A DNA stretch of 64,000 nt, from positions 439,659 to 503,658 of the forward strand of contig JBFWNU010000002.1 in assembly GCA_050250895.1 (NCBI GenBank), in the 5' to 3' direction. The notes under the pieces are model-generated. The model made no database searches, was not told the origin of the DNA, and saw only the letters and a list, made by a program, of their open reading frames with translations. The position numbers were made by a program, and so were the translations under genes. The stretch is from Vulcanimicrobiota bacterium. Lineage in GTDB: Bacteria > Vulcanimicrobiota > Xenobia > Xenobiales > JADMJV01. This document shows positions 16,855-27,453 of the stretch, one piece after another (the first letter of the stretch is position 1; the number at the start of each line of letters is the position of its first letter).

Positions 16855-18291
16855 TCAAAGTATCGGCGAGAAAAGCCTGGCTAGCTTGACCCCCAGCTTG
16901 AAAACCAGTCCCCTGCTATAGTAGTCTTCGGGACCGACCTCGACACTCCGCTCGAGATCGCGGACCAGCATTTCCTCCACTTCGGCTGCAAACTCCGCTC
17001 CCAGCACCACCAGGTTGCCCTCGAAATTCAGACGCATCGAGCGATTGTCGATATTGGCGCTGCCTACCCAGGCGATGTCGTTATCGACCAACATGACCTT
17101 TTGATGGGGATGACCCGCTTGATAGCGGAAGATGCGGATGTCGGTCCCCTCGAGTTCGGGGAAATAGGAAAAGGCGGCCAGGTACATCACCAACATATCC
17201 CAACGCTGAGGCAGGATGATCCGCACATCGACCCCTCGCAGCGAGGCCAGAATCAGAGAGTCGGTCACCGACGGGTCGGGTACGAAATAGGGGCTGGTGA
17301 TCCACACCCGTTCGCGAGCGCAGTCGATCGAGTGGACAAAGAATAGGACGCCGGCGTCGAGTTGCGAGGCCGGTCCGGTGCCAAGATAGAGCACGTCGCG
17401 ATCCTGGTCCCGACTGGGCTGAGGGGTCCACTCGAGCTTGGGGAGCTGGCGCGTAGCCCAGTACCAGTCCTCCATCCAGACCAGCTGAACTCCCTGCACG
17501 CCCGGGCCTTCCAGCCGTACGTGAGTGTCCCGCCAGGGGCCGTAGAACGGGTTGAGCCCTAAGGTATCATCCTCGACGTTCATCCCACCCACGAAAGCTA
17601 CCCGGCCGTCGATGATGGTGATCTTGCGGTGGTTGCGAAAATTGTATTGGAGCTTGTTGGCGCTGCCCTGGGTGGTGTTGAAGGGCATCATCTCGACACC
17701 GGCCCGGCGCAACTCTTCGATGTAGGTGCCCAGGCCCATGCAGCCGAGCTCGTCATACAGAAAGAAAATGCGCACGCCTTGCGAGGCCTTCTCGAGCAAG
17801 TGCTCTTTGAGACGATTGCCGAGGTGATCGTCGCGAACGATGAAAAAGAAGAGCAAGATATAGTCTTTAGCCTTCTCGATATCCCGAAACATCGTGCCGA
17901 AGGCGTGTTCACCGTCGACCAGCAACTCGACGGCGTTGCCTCGCGTGAACGGCAGGCGGGCCAGACTCTCGAAGACCTGGGCCCGGCGGCGCCGATCGTC
18001 AGGAAGAGGCGTGCGGAACTGGTCGAGCTGGCGCAGCCATTCTTCCACCTGCCGATAGTTGTCGCCCGAGAGGGCGCGTGCCCGCAGCAGTTTCACATAA
18101 CCCTGAAACTTGTCGCGGGCCAGGGTCCAGTAGAGCGGCAGGGTGACATAGGGAAACGCCAACAGCGACAAAGACCAGACGATCGCCCCCTGGGCCGTTC
18201 GAGCGTAGAGAATGGCATGAAATGCGCTCACGATCCCCAGGATGTGAAGGGTCGAGAACAGGACGGCTATCAACCAACCAATATATGTCAT
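16855..18291 (-). CDS. cls: Cardiolipin synthase
   Basis: Two N-terminal TM helices; two HKD motifs (NHRKITIID, HQKVMLVD). Confidence 0.92.
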   Translation of the reverse strand: MTYIGWLIAVLFSTLHILGIVSAFHAILYARTAQGAIVWSLSLLAFPYVTLPLYWTLARDKFQGYVKLLRARALSGDNYRQVEEWLRQLDQFRTPLPDDRRRRAQVFESLARLPFTRGNAVELLVDGEHAFGTMFRDIEKAKDYILLFFFIVRDDHLGNRLKEHLLEKASQGVRIFFLYDELGCMGLGTYIEELRRAGVEMMPFNTTQGSANKLQYNFRNHRKITIIDGRVAFVGGMNVEDDTLGLNPFYGPWRDTHVRLEGPGVQGVQLVWMEDWYWATRQLPKLEWTPQPSRDQDRDVLYLGTGPASQLDAGVLFFVHSIDCARERVWITSPYFVPDPSVTDSLILASLRGVDVRIILPQRWDMLVMYLAAFSYFPELEGTDIRIFRYQAGHPHQKVMLVDNDIAWVGSANIDNRSMRLNFEGNLVVLGAEFAAEVEEMLVRDLERSVEVGPEDYYSRGLVFKLGVKLARLFSPIL

Positions 18292-18330
18292 GATAGGGTT
18301 TTGGCTCTCTGCTCAGGAACTTCGGCCTCT

Positions 18331-21285
18331 ATGACCGCTTTCCACGAGTTGCTCAAAGAATACGGCCACGCGAGCCGTTTCCATTCTTTCCAAAACCTGA
18401 TGCAGTATCGAGTGCGGAAAGTCCTTTTGGTTTGCAGCCTTTATGATAGCTTCATTCTCGAAGAGGACGGCCAGCTCTACGAGAGGCTTTACTCAGAGCA
18501 CCACAACCTCAACTTGATCACGGTCCCCAACCTGGTCCGGGTCTCGAGCGGCAAAGAGGCTCTCGATATCATCACCATTCCCGGCGAGATCGACCTGGTC
18601 ATCACCACCCTCAATCCCGGCGACATGCACGCCCTGGACTTCGCCCAGCGGGTGCGAGACCTGGGCGTCGGCGTGCCGGTGGTGTTGTTGACTTACGACG
18701 AGCGAGGCCTCAATCAGCTAGCCGACCGCCATGACCTTTCGGTGTTCGAGAAGGTCTTTCTTTGGCAAGGCGATTTCCGTATCCTCATCGCCATCATCAA
18801 GTTCGTCGAGGACAAGCGCAACCTCGAACACGACACGCGCATGGTGGGGGTGCAGTCGATCATCCTGATCGAGGACAATGTCCACTTCTACTCTTCCTAT
18901 CTGCCCATGATCTACAGCCAGATCTTCCTCCATTCGCTGAGTCTGATCTCGGAGGGGGTCAACCCCTCCCAACGCTTCTTGCGCATGCGGGCCCGACCCA
19001 AGATCTTGCTGTGCTCGACCTACGAAGAAGCCTGGCAGTATTACCTCACCTATCATCGCTGCATCCTGGGCGTTATCTCCGACATCAAGTTTCCGCGCGA
19101 CGACAAGATCGACGACGAGGCCGGCATTCGTTTCGCCACCCACGTCAAGCAGTCCAACGCCGACATCCCCATCCTGCTGCAATCCAACTCGGCCGAGCTG
19201 CGCCAGCGCGCCGAATCGATCGGAACCAGCTTTCTGCTCAAAACCTCTCCCACCTTGCTCCAAGAGCTCCAACACTTCATGCGCCGCTACTTCAGCTTCG
19301 GCGAATTCGTGTTTACCATGCCCGACGGCGCTGAGGTGGCCCGGGCCGCCGACCTGAGGGCCTTCGAGCAGCAGATCGAGCAGGTTCCGGCCGAGTCGAT
19401 TCGCTATCATGCCGAACGCAACCACTTCTCCAACTGGCTCAAGGCTCGCACCGAGTTCTGGCTGGCCCATCGGTTGCGGGCCTCGCGGGTGAGTCACTTC
19501 GAATCCATCGAAGGGGTCCGGCGCCACTTGCTCTACAGCCTGCGCGAATGGCGCCGCGAACGCTATCGCGGGACCATCGTCGATTTTGATCCCGAGAACT
19601 TCGAGGATGGCAGCTTCGCCCGTATCGGGGGGGGCTCGATGGGGGGAAAAGCCCGGGGCCTCGGCTTCGTGGTGTCGCTGCTGTCGAACTTCAACCTGCG
19701 CGACACCTTCCCCGGGGTCGAGATCGCGGTGCCGCCAGCGGTGGTGCTGGCCACCGAGGTATTCGACCGCTTCCTCGATCGCAACGATCTGCGCGAGTTC
19801 GCCCTGCGCAGCGATGACGACGCCGAGCTCGAGCGGCGCTTTCTGCAGGGCGTTTTTCCCGAGGATGTGCAGGGGGCACTCGATTCTTATCTCGACATCG
19901 CCCGCTATCCTCTGGCGGTGCGTTCGTCGAGTCTGCTCGAGGATTCGCGGTATCTGCCCTTTGCCGGGGTCTATGGCACCTACATGCTGGCCAACAATAG
20001 CCCCGAAAAGGACGTTCGGCGCCAGCGCTTCTTTGACGCCATCAAGCGGGTCTACGCCTCGACGTTCAGCAACCAGAGCAAAGCCTATATCCGCTCTACT
20101 CCCCATCGCCTGGAGGAAGAGAAGATGGCTGTGATCGTGCAGCGCCTGGTGGGCAGCCAGCACCAGGATCGCTTCTATCCTGACTTTTCCGGAGTGGTTC
20201 GTTCGCACAACTACTATCCCCGGCCGCCGATGCGGACGGTCGACGGCATCGCCTCGGTGGCTCTGGGCCTGGGCGAGACGGTGGTGGGAGGCCATCGGGC
20301 CGTGCAGTTCTGCCCTCGCTACCCCCGCCATTCCACCCAGTTCGCCGACCTCGACGATACGGTCAAGAACAGCCAGAACAATTTCTATGCCCTGCGGCTT
20401 CCCAGTTCCGATGGCGACGACAACCTCGAGCTGCAGCGCTACGACCTCGAGGTGGCCGAAGACGACGGCACCCTGGCCAACGTGGCCTCGACCTATTCTC
20501 ACGAGAATCGCGCCCTCTACGATGGTATCCGGCGGAGCGGGGCGCGGGTGGTGACCTTTGCCCCGGTGCTCAAGACCGAGCTGTTTCCCCTGGCCAGAAT
20601 CCTCGACATGGTTGCCGACATGGGCGAATGGGCGATGAATTCTCCCGTCGAGATCGAGTTTGCCGTCAACCTGCGCACCCCCCCCGACGCGCCCAAAGAG
20701 TTCGCCTTTCTGCAGATGCGGCCCATGGTGGCCGGTCACGAGATCGAAGAGCTAAAGCTCGAAGAACTCGATGACGAGGATCTGATCTGCCGCTCGACCC
20801 GCGTGCTGGGCAACGCCCTGCTCTCGGACATTTTTGACGTGGTGCTGGTCGATCCCGAAGAATTCGAACGCGCCAAGAGCCGTGAGGTGGGCCACGAGTT
20901 TTCGCTTTTCAACGCCGAATTGGTGCGGGAGGAGCGTCCCTATCTGGCCATCGGGGTGGGTCGCTGGGGCACGGCCGATCCCTGGCTCGGTATCCCGGTG
21001 ACCTGGGACCAGATCAGCGGGGCCAGGGTCATCATCGAGGCCGGCATGAAAGACCTGAAAGTCGAGCCCTCCCAGGGGACCCACTTCTTTCAGAACATCT
21101 CTTGCTTTGGAGTGGGCTACTTCACGGTCGGCGATAAAGACGGCGAGTGGGTCGACTGGGAGTGGCTGCTGGCCCAAGAGCCGGTGAGTCGACGCAAATT
21201 CACCCGGCATCTGCGTTTTGACCAACCCCTCATTACCAAGATGAACGGCCACAGCAACATTGGAGGGGTTTGTAAGCCGGTGTAA
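18331..21285 (+). CDS. PEP/pyruvate-binding (PPDK-like) protein with N-terminal receiver-like domains
   Basis: GGKARGL, PLAVRSSSLLED, EEKMAV, GRWG, PSQGTHFF; typical pairing with gdhA; start ATG 18331. Confidence 0.88.
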   Translation: MTAFHELLKEYGHASRFHSFQNLMQYRVRKVLLVCSLYDSFILEEDGQLYERLYSEHHNLNLITVPNLVRVSSGKEALDIITIPGEIDLVITTLNPGDMHALDFAQRVRDLGVGVPVVLLTYDERGLNQLADRHDLSVFEKVFLWQGDFRILIAIIKFVEDKRNLEHDTRMVGVQSIILIEDNVHFYSSYLPMIYSQIFLHSLSLISEGVNPSQRFLRMRARPKILLCSTYEEAWQYYLTYHRCILGVISDIKFPRDDKIDDEAGIRFATHVKQSNADIPILLQSNSAELRQRAESIGTSFLLKTSPTLLQELQHFMRRYFSFGEFVFTMPDGAEVARAADLRAFEQQIEQVPAESIRYHAERNHFSNWLKARTEFWLAHRLRASRVSHFESIEGVRRHLLYSLREWRRERYRGTIVDFDPENFEDGSFARIGGGSMGGKARGLGFVVSLLSNFNLRDTFPGVEIAVPPAVVLATEVFDRFLDRNDLREFALRSDDDAELERRFLQGVFPEDVQGALDSYLDIARYPLAVRSSSLLEDSRYLPFAGVYGTYMLANNSPEKDVRRQRFFDAIKRVYASTFSNQSKAYIRSTPHRLEEEKMAVIVQRLVGSQHQDRFYPDFSGVVRSHNYYPRPPMRTVDGIASVALGLGETVVGGHRAVQFCPRYPRHSTQFADLDDTVKNSQNNFYALRLPSSDGDDNLELQRYDLEVAEDDGTLANVASTYSHENRALYDGIRRSGARVVTFAPVLKTELFPLARILDMVADMGEWAMNSPVEIEFAVNLRTPPDAPKEFAFLQMRPMVAGHEIEELKLEELDDEDLICRSTRVLGNALLSDIFDVVLVDPEEFERAKSREVGHEFSLFNAELVREERPYLAIGVGRWGTADPWLGIPVTWDQISGARVIIEAGMKDLKVEPSQGTHFFQNISCFGVGYFTVGDKDGEWVDWEWLLAQEPVSRRKFTRHLRFDQPLITKMNGHSNIGGVCKPV

Positions 21286-21318
21286 AAACCCACCCGACAC
21301 TTCACCGGGGAGGACTGC

Positions 21319-22680
21319 ATGCCAACCTACGTATCCGAATTGATGGGTCAGGTCAGGGCCAAGAATCCGGCCGAACCTGAGTTTCACCAGGCGGTGGAGG
21401 AGGTTGCCGAGTCCATCTGGCCGGTGCTGGAAAGTCACCCCGAGTATCGCCAGAGCAAGGTTCTCGAGCGCATCATCGAGCCCGAGCGCGTCATCCTGTT
21501 TCGCGTTCCCTGGCTCGATGACCAGAACGAAGTGCAGGTCAATCGCGGCTTTCGCATCGAGATGAACAGCGCCATCGGTCCCTACAAAGGCGGACTGCGC
21601 TTCCACCCGTCCGTCAATCTGGGCATTCTGAAGTTTCTGGCCTTCGAGCAGGTCTTCAAGAACAGCCTGACCACCCTGCCCATGGGTGGGGGTAAAGGCG
21701 GCTCGGACTTTGACCCTAAAGGCAAGTCCGACACCGAAGTGATGCGCTTTTGTCAGAGCTTCATGACCGAATTGGCCCGGCACATCGGTCCCGACACCGA
21801 CGTGCCGGCCGGTGACATCGGCGTGGGCGGCCGCGAGATCGGCTACATGTTCGGCCAATACAAGCGCCTGCGCAACGAGTTCGTGGGCGTGCTCACCGGC
21901 AAAGGCTTGAAATGGGGAGGATCGCTGATTCGTCCCGAAGCCACCGGCTACGGAGCGGTCTATTTCGCGGCCGAGATGCTGCAGACCCGGGGCGAGACCC
22001 TCGAGGGCAAGAATTGCCTGGTCTCGGGGGCCGGTAACGTGGCCCAATACACCATCGAGAAGCTGCTCGACCTGGGCGCGAAAGTGCTGACCTTCTCGGA
22101 TTCGAACGGCTACATCTTCGACGGCGACGGGGTCGATCGCGGCAAGCTCGAATACATCATGAAGCTCAAGAACTTGCGGCGCGGACGGGTGGCCGAATAC
22201 ATCGAGAAATACCCCCACGCCATCTACACGCCGTTTGACCCCACCCTCGACCACAATCCCCTCTGGAACCACCAGGCCGACTGCGCTTTCCCTTCGGCGA
22301 CCCAGAACGAGATCGGCATCAAGGATGCCTCGAATATGGTCGAGAACGGCGTTTATGTCATCTCGGAGGGGGCCAACATGCCGACCGTGCCCGAGGGTGT
22401 CAACCTCTTCGTCGAAAAGGAAGTGCTCTATGCCCCGGGCAAAGCCTCCAACGCCGGTGGCGTGGCCGTCTCGGGCCTGGAGATGTCCCAGAACGCCATG
22501 CGCATGAGCTGGACCCGGCAAGAGGTCGACTCGCGCCTGCGCCTGATCATGAAGGCCATTCACAGCGAGTGCATCGAGGCCGGCGAGCGCTACAGCCGCC
22601 GGGGCAACTACGTTGACGGAGCCAACATCGCCGGCTTTCTCAAAGTGGCCGACGCGATGCTCGATCAGGGAGTGGTCTAG
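21319..22680 (+). CDS. gdhA: NADP-specific glutamate dehydrogenase
   Basis: GPYKGGLRFH, GGGKGGSDF, DVPAGDIG, RPEATGYG, GANMP. Confidence 0.96.
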   Translation: MPTYVSELMGQVRAKNPAEPEFHQAVEEVAESIWPVLESHPEYRQSKVLERIIEPERVILFRVPWLDDQNEVQVNRGFRIEMNSAIGPYKGGLRFHPSVNLGILKFLAFEQVFKNSLTTLPMGGGKGGSDFDPKGKSDTEVMRFCQSFMTELARHIGPDTDVPAGDIGVGGREIGYMFGQYKRLRNEFVGVLTGKGLKWGGSLIRPEATGYGAVYFAAEMLQTRGETLEGKNCLVSGAGNVAQYTIEKLLDLGAKVLTFSDSNGYIFDGDGVDRGKLEYIMKLKNLRRGRVAEYIEKYPHAIYTPFDPTLDHNPLWNHQADCAFPSATQNEIGIKDASNMVENGVYVISEGANMPTVPEGVNLFVEKEVLYAPGKASNAGGVAVSGLEMSQNAMRMSWTRQEVDSRLRLIMKAIHSECIEAGERYSRRGNYVDGANIAGFLKVADAMLDQGVV

Positions 22681-23684
22681 CCCATCAGGTCGGCCAGGCG
22701 AATGGGCGCAGCCAGGCCTTCCGGCAGCGGGCCCAAGCCATCAGCGGGCAACACGGCATACTGGAGCTTGTCGAGCAAGTCCTCGACCGGCAGGCTGGCG
22801 GGACCGCTCTGGGGATTGAAGAACTGCACCTCGTCGCTGGGGCTGGGTTTGACCAGCAGCATGTGGTCCTGTCCTTCCCAGTTGGCGCCCACCTGCATTG
22901 GCACCTCGGTCTGGATCAAAGCCTGTCGCAGGGTTTCTCGGGTGGCCTGGTCGGCGATGACCAGCGTCTGGTCCTGGCCCCGGGCCACGGCCACCATCAG
23001 AGCCACGTCGATGCCGTCGAGCCCCTTCTGATCGGGCGCTTGCGAGAAGCGGTCTTCAAGGGCCAGATACTCTCCGTGGCGCATGCCGGCCAGCCCCATC
23101 AACGCGCCCTGCACGACCCGGTCGAGCTGGGTCCGTCCGCTACCGTCTTCTCTCTCGCTGCCGGCTGCTCGCTCGAGCGGAAAGCCGGTATCGAGCGCAG
23201 CCTTGCCACCGGCATTGGTCAAGCCCTCGACGACGCGCGCAAAACTGGCGGGCTCGGCGGCTAATTCGGCCTCCATATTGGTGGCCCCGCAGGTGTAGCG
23301 GTTGCCCTGTCGGACCGACTCGGGTCGGGCGATGGCGGCCACGGTCTCGGCCATCAACTTGTGGCCATCCAGACCCCTCGCCCGCTGGCCCGCCATCTTC
23401 TCGAGGTGCTCGATGGTGGTCGCCTGGCCGTCGCTCTGGCCGAGTTTTCCCTGTTCGAGCAGTGGCAAGAAGTTGGGGTCCCCGGCCAGGCTGGGCCATA
23501 CGTGGAGAAAGGCTACCTGGGCGGCCGGCGGCAACGCGGCCAGCGCGGCTGCTTGCCCGGCTCCCAGCAGCGCCACCTGGCCCAGGGGCCGACCGCCGCT
23601 AAGCTCGACGCGATCGAGCGGCCCGCTCTGGGCCCGGGCCACTCGGGGGCGGGTGATGACCGGTCGAAGGCCTGAAATCTTCAT
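22677..23684 (-). CDS. Putative papain-fold cysteine protease-like protein with MKI...DRVELS N-terminus
   Basis: QGNRYTCGA (Q/C), DHMLLV (H), FFNP (N); start MKISGLR at 23684. Confidence 0.55.
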   Translation of the reverse strand: MKISGLRPVITRPRVARAQSGPLDRVELSGGRPLGQVALLGAGQAAALAALPPAAQVAFLHVWPSLAGDPNFLPLLEQGKLGQSDGQATTIEHLEKMAGQRARGLDGHKLMAETVAAIARPESVRQGNRYTCGATNMEAELAAEPASFARVVEGLTNAGGKAALDTGFPLERAAGSEREDGSGRTQLDRVVQGALMGLAGMRHGEYLALEDRFSQAPDQKGLDGIDVALMVAVARGQDQTLVIADQATRETLRQALIQTEVPMQVGANWEGQDHMLLVKPSPSDEVQFFNPQSGPASLPVEDLLDKLQYAVLPADGLGPLPEGLAAPIRLADLMG

Positions 23685-23772
23685 CCTTTCCAGCTTATGG
23701 CCCAGACCTGAACAAGGCCTGAAAATGCCTTTTGTCACGGTTTCGTTCCTTCGCACCGGCTAAGCTGGGACT

Positions 23773-24126
23773 ATGCGCTGGAAGGAACCCCTGCTGCTGT
23801 TGATGGTGGTGGCCCTGGTGTGGGCCTGGCGTCCTGCGCCCGTTTTCCTCGAGGGAAGTTGGGTTGGCGACCACGGCGGCGCCCTTTATCTAGAGGCCGA
23901 CGGGCGCTATCGCTCCTACCCGCGCCTGGACGGATGCAAGACTAGCCCTGTTGCGGTCCACGGCTACTGGCAGGTTGAAGAGGACCGGCTTCTACTGCAA
24001 CCCCTGAAGATGGAGCCCCAGGAGTTCGTCTTCGAGCTGCGCGGGGACACCCTGATCCTGACCCGCCCCGGCCTCGAGGGTGATACGACCCTGCACCGGC
24101 GAGCGCTGGAGGAACTCGCCCGCTGA
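23773..24126 (+). CDS. Small exported lipocalin-like beta protein
   Basis: N-terminal hydrophobic stretch; LEGSW, L.ADG.Y, GYWQV. Confidence 0.55.
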   Translation: MRWKEPLLLLMVVALVWAWRPAPVFLEGSWVGDHGGALYLEADGRYRSYPRLDGCKTSPVAVHGYWQVEEDRLLLQPLKMEPQEFVFELRGDTLILTRPGLEGDTTLHRRALEELAR

Positions 24127-24161
24127 TCGCGCAAACAGCCAAAAACGAGCGGGAGGAAGTC

Positions 24162-24524
24162 ATGAAGCGAGCGACCGGAATTGGTGGAGTGTTTTTCAAA
24201 GCGAAGGATCCGAAAGCTTTGGCCGCCTGGTACGAGAAGCATCTGGGGCTGCCGTTCGATGGCAACACCTACGCCGTCATCGCGGACGAGGCCGGCGGAA
24301 AGGCCAGCTTTGCTCTCTTTCCCGAAGACACCGACCATTTCAAGCCTTCAGAGAAACCCTTTTCGCTCAACTTTCGGGTCGACGACTTGCAGGCGCTGGT
24401 GGCCGTCTTGAAAGAAGAGGGGGTCGACGTGAACGACAAAATCGACGAATACCCCTACGGCAAGTTCGGCTGGCTCATCGACCCCGAAGGCAACCGGGTC
24501 GAACTGTGGGAGCCCGTTTCCTAA
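24162..24524 (+). CDS. VOC/glyoxalase family protein
   Basis: GIGGVFFK, NFRVDDL, YGKFGW..DPEGNRVELWEP. Confidence 0.9.
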   Translation: MKRATGIGGVFFKAKDPKALAAWYEKHLGLPFDGNTYAVIADEAGGKASFALFPEDTDHFKPSEKPFSLNFRVDDLQALVAVLKEEGVDVNDKIDEYPYGKFGWLIDPEGNRVELWEPVS

Positions 24525-24548
24525 CTTCCGCACGGAACTCCCTGACCA

Positions 24549-24590
24549 CTACCGTCTACCGTCTACCGTCTAAAGGCTACCGTCTAAAGA
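24549..24590. repeat. Heptamer tandem repeat (CTACCGT/CTAAAGR x6)
   Basis: ctaccgt ctaccgt ctaccgt ctaaagg ctaccgt ctaaaga. Confidence 0.9.
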
Positions 24591-24644
24591 CGCTGAAGGA
24601 ACTGGCGGGTCGACCTCGCAGACCCTCCCACCGGAGGTGCATCT

Positions 24645-25754
24645 ATGAAAGTCAAAGCGGCAGTGGCCTTCGAGGCGGCGAAGCCTCTCTCGATTGAAAC
24701 CGTGGACCTGGAGGGTCCCAAGGCTGGCGAAGTGCTGGTCGAACTCAAGGCGACGGGTATCTGTCATACCGACGCCTACACGCTATCGGGGCGTGATCCC
24801 GAGGGGTTGTTTCCGTCGATTCTGGGCCATGAAGGGGCCGGAGTGGTGGTCGAAGTGGGAGAGGGCGTAAAGAGCCTCAAACCCGGCGACCACGTCATCC
24901 CACTGTATATCCCCGAGTGCCGCGAGTGTAAGCGCTGCATCTCGCGCAAGACCAACTTGTGCGGGGCCATCCGGGTGACCCAGGGGCAGGGGCTGATGCC
25001 CGACGGGTCGAGCCGCTTTTCGGTCGACGGCCAGAAGCTGCACCACTACATGGGCTGCTCGACCTTCGCGAACTACACCGTTCTGCCTGAGATCGCCCTG
25101 GCCAAGATCCGCGAGGATGCGCCTTTTGACAAGGTCTGCTACATCGGCTGCGGCGTGACCACCGGGCTGGGAGCGGTCATCAACACCGCCCAGGTGCGGC
25201 CCGGTGACCAGGTGGCCGTGTTCGGGCTTGGCGGCATCGGCCTCAACGTCATTCAGGGAGCCCGCATCGCCGGCGCCTCGCGCATCATCGGCATCGACAT
25301 CAATCCGGCCAAGAAGGCCATGGCCGAGAAGTTTGGCATGACCGACTACATCAATCCCAAGGAGGTCGAGGGAGACCTGGTGCCTTACATCCAGAGCATC
25401 ACCGACGGCGGCCCCGATTTTTCGTTCGAGTGCATCGGCAAGGTCGAGATCATGCGCGAGGCCCTCGAGTGCACCCATATCGGCTGGGGCGTCTCGGTCA
25501 TCATCGGCGTGGCCGGGGCCGGCGAGGTCATCCAAACCAGGCCTTTCAACCTGGTCTGCGGAAGGGTCTGGAAAGGCACCGCCTTTGGTGGGGCCAGAGG
25601 GCGCACCGACGTGCCCAAGATCGTCGATTGGTATATGGACGGCAAGATCAACATCGACGATCTCATCACCCACACCATGCCGCTCGAGAAGATTAACGAC
25701 GCCTTCGAGCTGATGCACAAGGGCGAGTCGATCCGCAGCGTGGTGGTTTATTAG
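24645..25754 (+). CDS. frmA: S-(hydroxymethyl)glutathione dehydrogenase / class III ADH
   Basis: [37 protein letters not shown]. Confidence 0.95.
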   Translation: MKVKAAVAFEAAKPLSIETVDLEGPKAGEVLVELKATGICHTDAYTLSGRDPEGLFPSILGHEGAGVVVEVGEGVKSLKPGDHVIPLYIPECRECKRCISRKTNLCGAIRVTQGQGLMPDGSSRFSVDGQKLHHYMGCSTFANYTVLPEIALAKIREDAPFDKVCYIGCGVTTGLGAVINTAQVRPGDQVAVFGLGGIGLNVIQGARIAGASRIIGIDINPAKKAMAEKFGMTDYINPKEVEGDLVPYIQSITDGGPDFSFECIGKVEIMREALECTHIGWGVSVIIGVAGAGEVIQTRPFNLVCGRVWKGTAFGGARGRTDVPKIVDWYMDGKINIDDLITHTMPLEKINDAFELMHKGESIRSVVVY

Positions 25755-25762
25755 GAGGGCCT

Positions 25763-26488
25763 GTGGAGGGCATTTTCATTCATCAATTCGAGTTGGGCCC
25801 CTGGGACAACTTCATCTATCTGATCGGAGACCGCTCCAGCCGCAGCTGCATGGTGGTCGACCCCGCCTGGGAGTTGCAGCCGATTCTCGACGAGGCAGCC
25901 AGGCTCGAGGTCGAGATCGCGGGGGTACTGTGTACCCACAGCCACTTCGACCACGTCAACATGGTCGACCCGCTGCTCAAGCAAAAGGACATCCCCGTGC
26001 ACATGCTCGACAAAGAGGTCGACTGGTCGGGCTTTCGGTGTGAGAACCTTACCCGCCACGCCTCGGGTGAGAAGATCACTCTGGGCAAGCACCTCGAGGT
26101 GACCATGGTGCACACTCCCGGGCACACGCCGGGCTCGGTCAGCTACTGGGTGAACGGCCAGTCGCTGGTGACCGGCGACACGCTGTTTATCAACGGCTGC
26201 GGTCGCTGCGACTTCGTGGGCGGTGACCCTGAGCAGATGTTCTACACTCTGCGCGGGCTGGTCGAGAAGCTGCCCGAGGCGACCAACATGTATCCCGGCC
26301 ACAACTATGGCGAGGTCACGGTGGCCACTCTCGACGAGCAGCTCAAGACCAACCCCTATTTGAAGCTGCCGACGGTGGAAGATTTCGTGGCCCATCGCAT
26401 GGACGGTCGCAAGCCCAACGCTCCCTTTCCGGCTGTCGACCCCGAATGGCTCGACAAGGTCGAAAAGCAACGAGCCGGCTGCTGCTAG
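25763..26488 (+). CDS. MBL-fold metallohydrolase (glyoxalase II-like)
   Basis: THSHFDH, HTPGHT, TGDTLF, YPGH. Confidence 0.9.
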   Translation: MEGIFIHQFELGPWDNFIYLIGDRSSRSCMVVDPAWELQPILDEAARLEVEIAGVLCTHSHFDHVNMVDPLLKQKDIPVHMLDKEVDWSGFRCENLTRHASGEKITLGKHLEVTMVHTPGHTPGSVSYWVNGQSLVTGDTLFINGCGRCDFVGGDPEQMFYTLRGLVEKLPEATNMYPGHNYGEVTVATLDEQLKTNPYLKLPTVEDFVAHRMDGRKPNAPFPAVDPEWLDKVEKQRAGCC

Positions 26489-27453
26489 ACCGCGCTCGGG
26501 GAGCGCTGGTCGGCCTGGCCGTTGGCGACGCCCTGGGCTTTGCCCTCGAAGGCTTGAAGCCCGCCGCTATCCGGCGTCGTTACGGAGAGCAGCATAGCCG
26601 CTATCGTTTTTTGCGCCAGACCGGCTATGTGAGCGACGACACCGAGCAGGCCGTGATGGTAGCCCGCTCGCTGCTAACCCGTGGCCAGGAGGCCGAGGAT
26701 TTTGGACGCCGGCTGTTCCGGTGGTTCTTGACCGCTCCGCCGGGCATTGGCCGGGCCACCCTGCGGGCCTGTTTGCTGCGGGCGGTGGGAGTCAAGCGGG
26801 GCACGGCCTCGGCCGGCAACGGAGCGGCCATGCGAATGGCCCCGATGGGACTGGTGGAGTGGCAGCCTGGGCTGGTGCGCCAGAACGCCCTGGTGACCCA
26901 TACTGATCCCCGAGCCATCGACGGGGCCCTGGTGGTGGCCCTGGCCGTGCACCGATTAGTGCGCCAGGAGGCCGACTGGCCCAGCCTCTCCCAGCTACTG
27001 CCAGAGCTCGACCCACGACTGCAGGCAGCCATGGAGCAAAGCTGGCAGAGGGCCGGCGACGACTCTGCGGCTGCCGAACTGGGCACCTCTGGTTATGTGC
27101 TGCACTCGGTGCCGTTTGCCTTCTGGGCCCTGTGGCGCCAACCGCCCGACTTTCTCTCGGGCCTGCAGCCGCTGCTGAGCCAGGGAGGCGACACCGATAG
27201 CAATGCCGCCATCGCCGGGGCCTTGCTGGGAGCCCGCTTCGGTTTTTCGGGCATCCCCGCAGAGCTGGTGGACAGGCTCGAGCCGAGCTACTCGGGGCAA
27301 CTGCTGGGCGGGCTGGCCGATGCCCTGATAGAAGGGTGCGAGCCACCGCCCGAGCCGTCGTTCTTCAGTCAGCGCTGGCGCGAGGCCAAGATCAAGCTGG
27401 GCGTCGCCGGCCATGTGCTGGGCGGAATCGCTACAGCCAGGCCTTGGGAATGA
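26446..27453 (+). CDS. ADP-ribosylglycohydrolase (exact start uncertain)
   Basis: GLAVGDALG, SDDTE, GNGAAMR, GGDTDS. Confidence 0.9.
   Translation: MARQGRKATSRLLLDRARGALVGLAVGDALGFALEGLKPAAIRRRYGEQHSRYRFLRQTGYVSDDTEQAVMVARSLLTRGQEAEDFGRRLFRWFLTAPPGIGRATLRACLLRAVGVKRGTASAGNGAAMRMAPMGLVEWQPGLVRQNALVTHTDPRAIDGALVVALAVHRLVRQEADWPSLSQLLPELDPRLQAAMEQSWQRAGDDSAAAELGTSGYVLHSVPFAFWALWRQPPDFLSGLQPLLSQGGDTDSNAAIAGALLGARFGFSGIPAELVDRLEPSYSGQLLGGLADALIEGCEPPPEPSFFSQRWREAKIKLGVAGHVLGGIATARPWE

Noticed and set aside
17629-18330. N-terminal 234 aa of the 1218-aa ORF
   Set aside because: Antisense to cls; the family-like sequence starts at ATG 18331
18718-22563. Long antisense ORFs (673 and 603 aa) opposite the PPDK-like gene and gdhA
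   Set aside because: Typical shadow ORFs of GC-rich coding DNA
18331-22680. PPDK-like + gdhA pairing as a new system
   Set aside because: Well-known conserved gene pair
23707-23723. TTCAGG-N5-TTCAGG (minus strand) upstream of the papain-like gene as a shared effector-regulon box
   Set aside because: Only partial matches upstream of the other candidate genes
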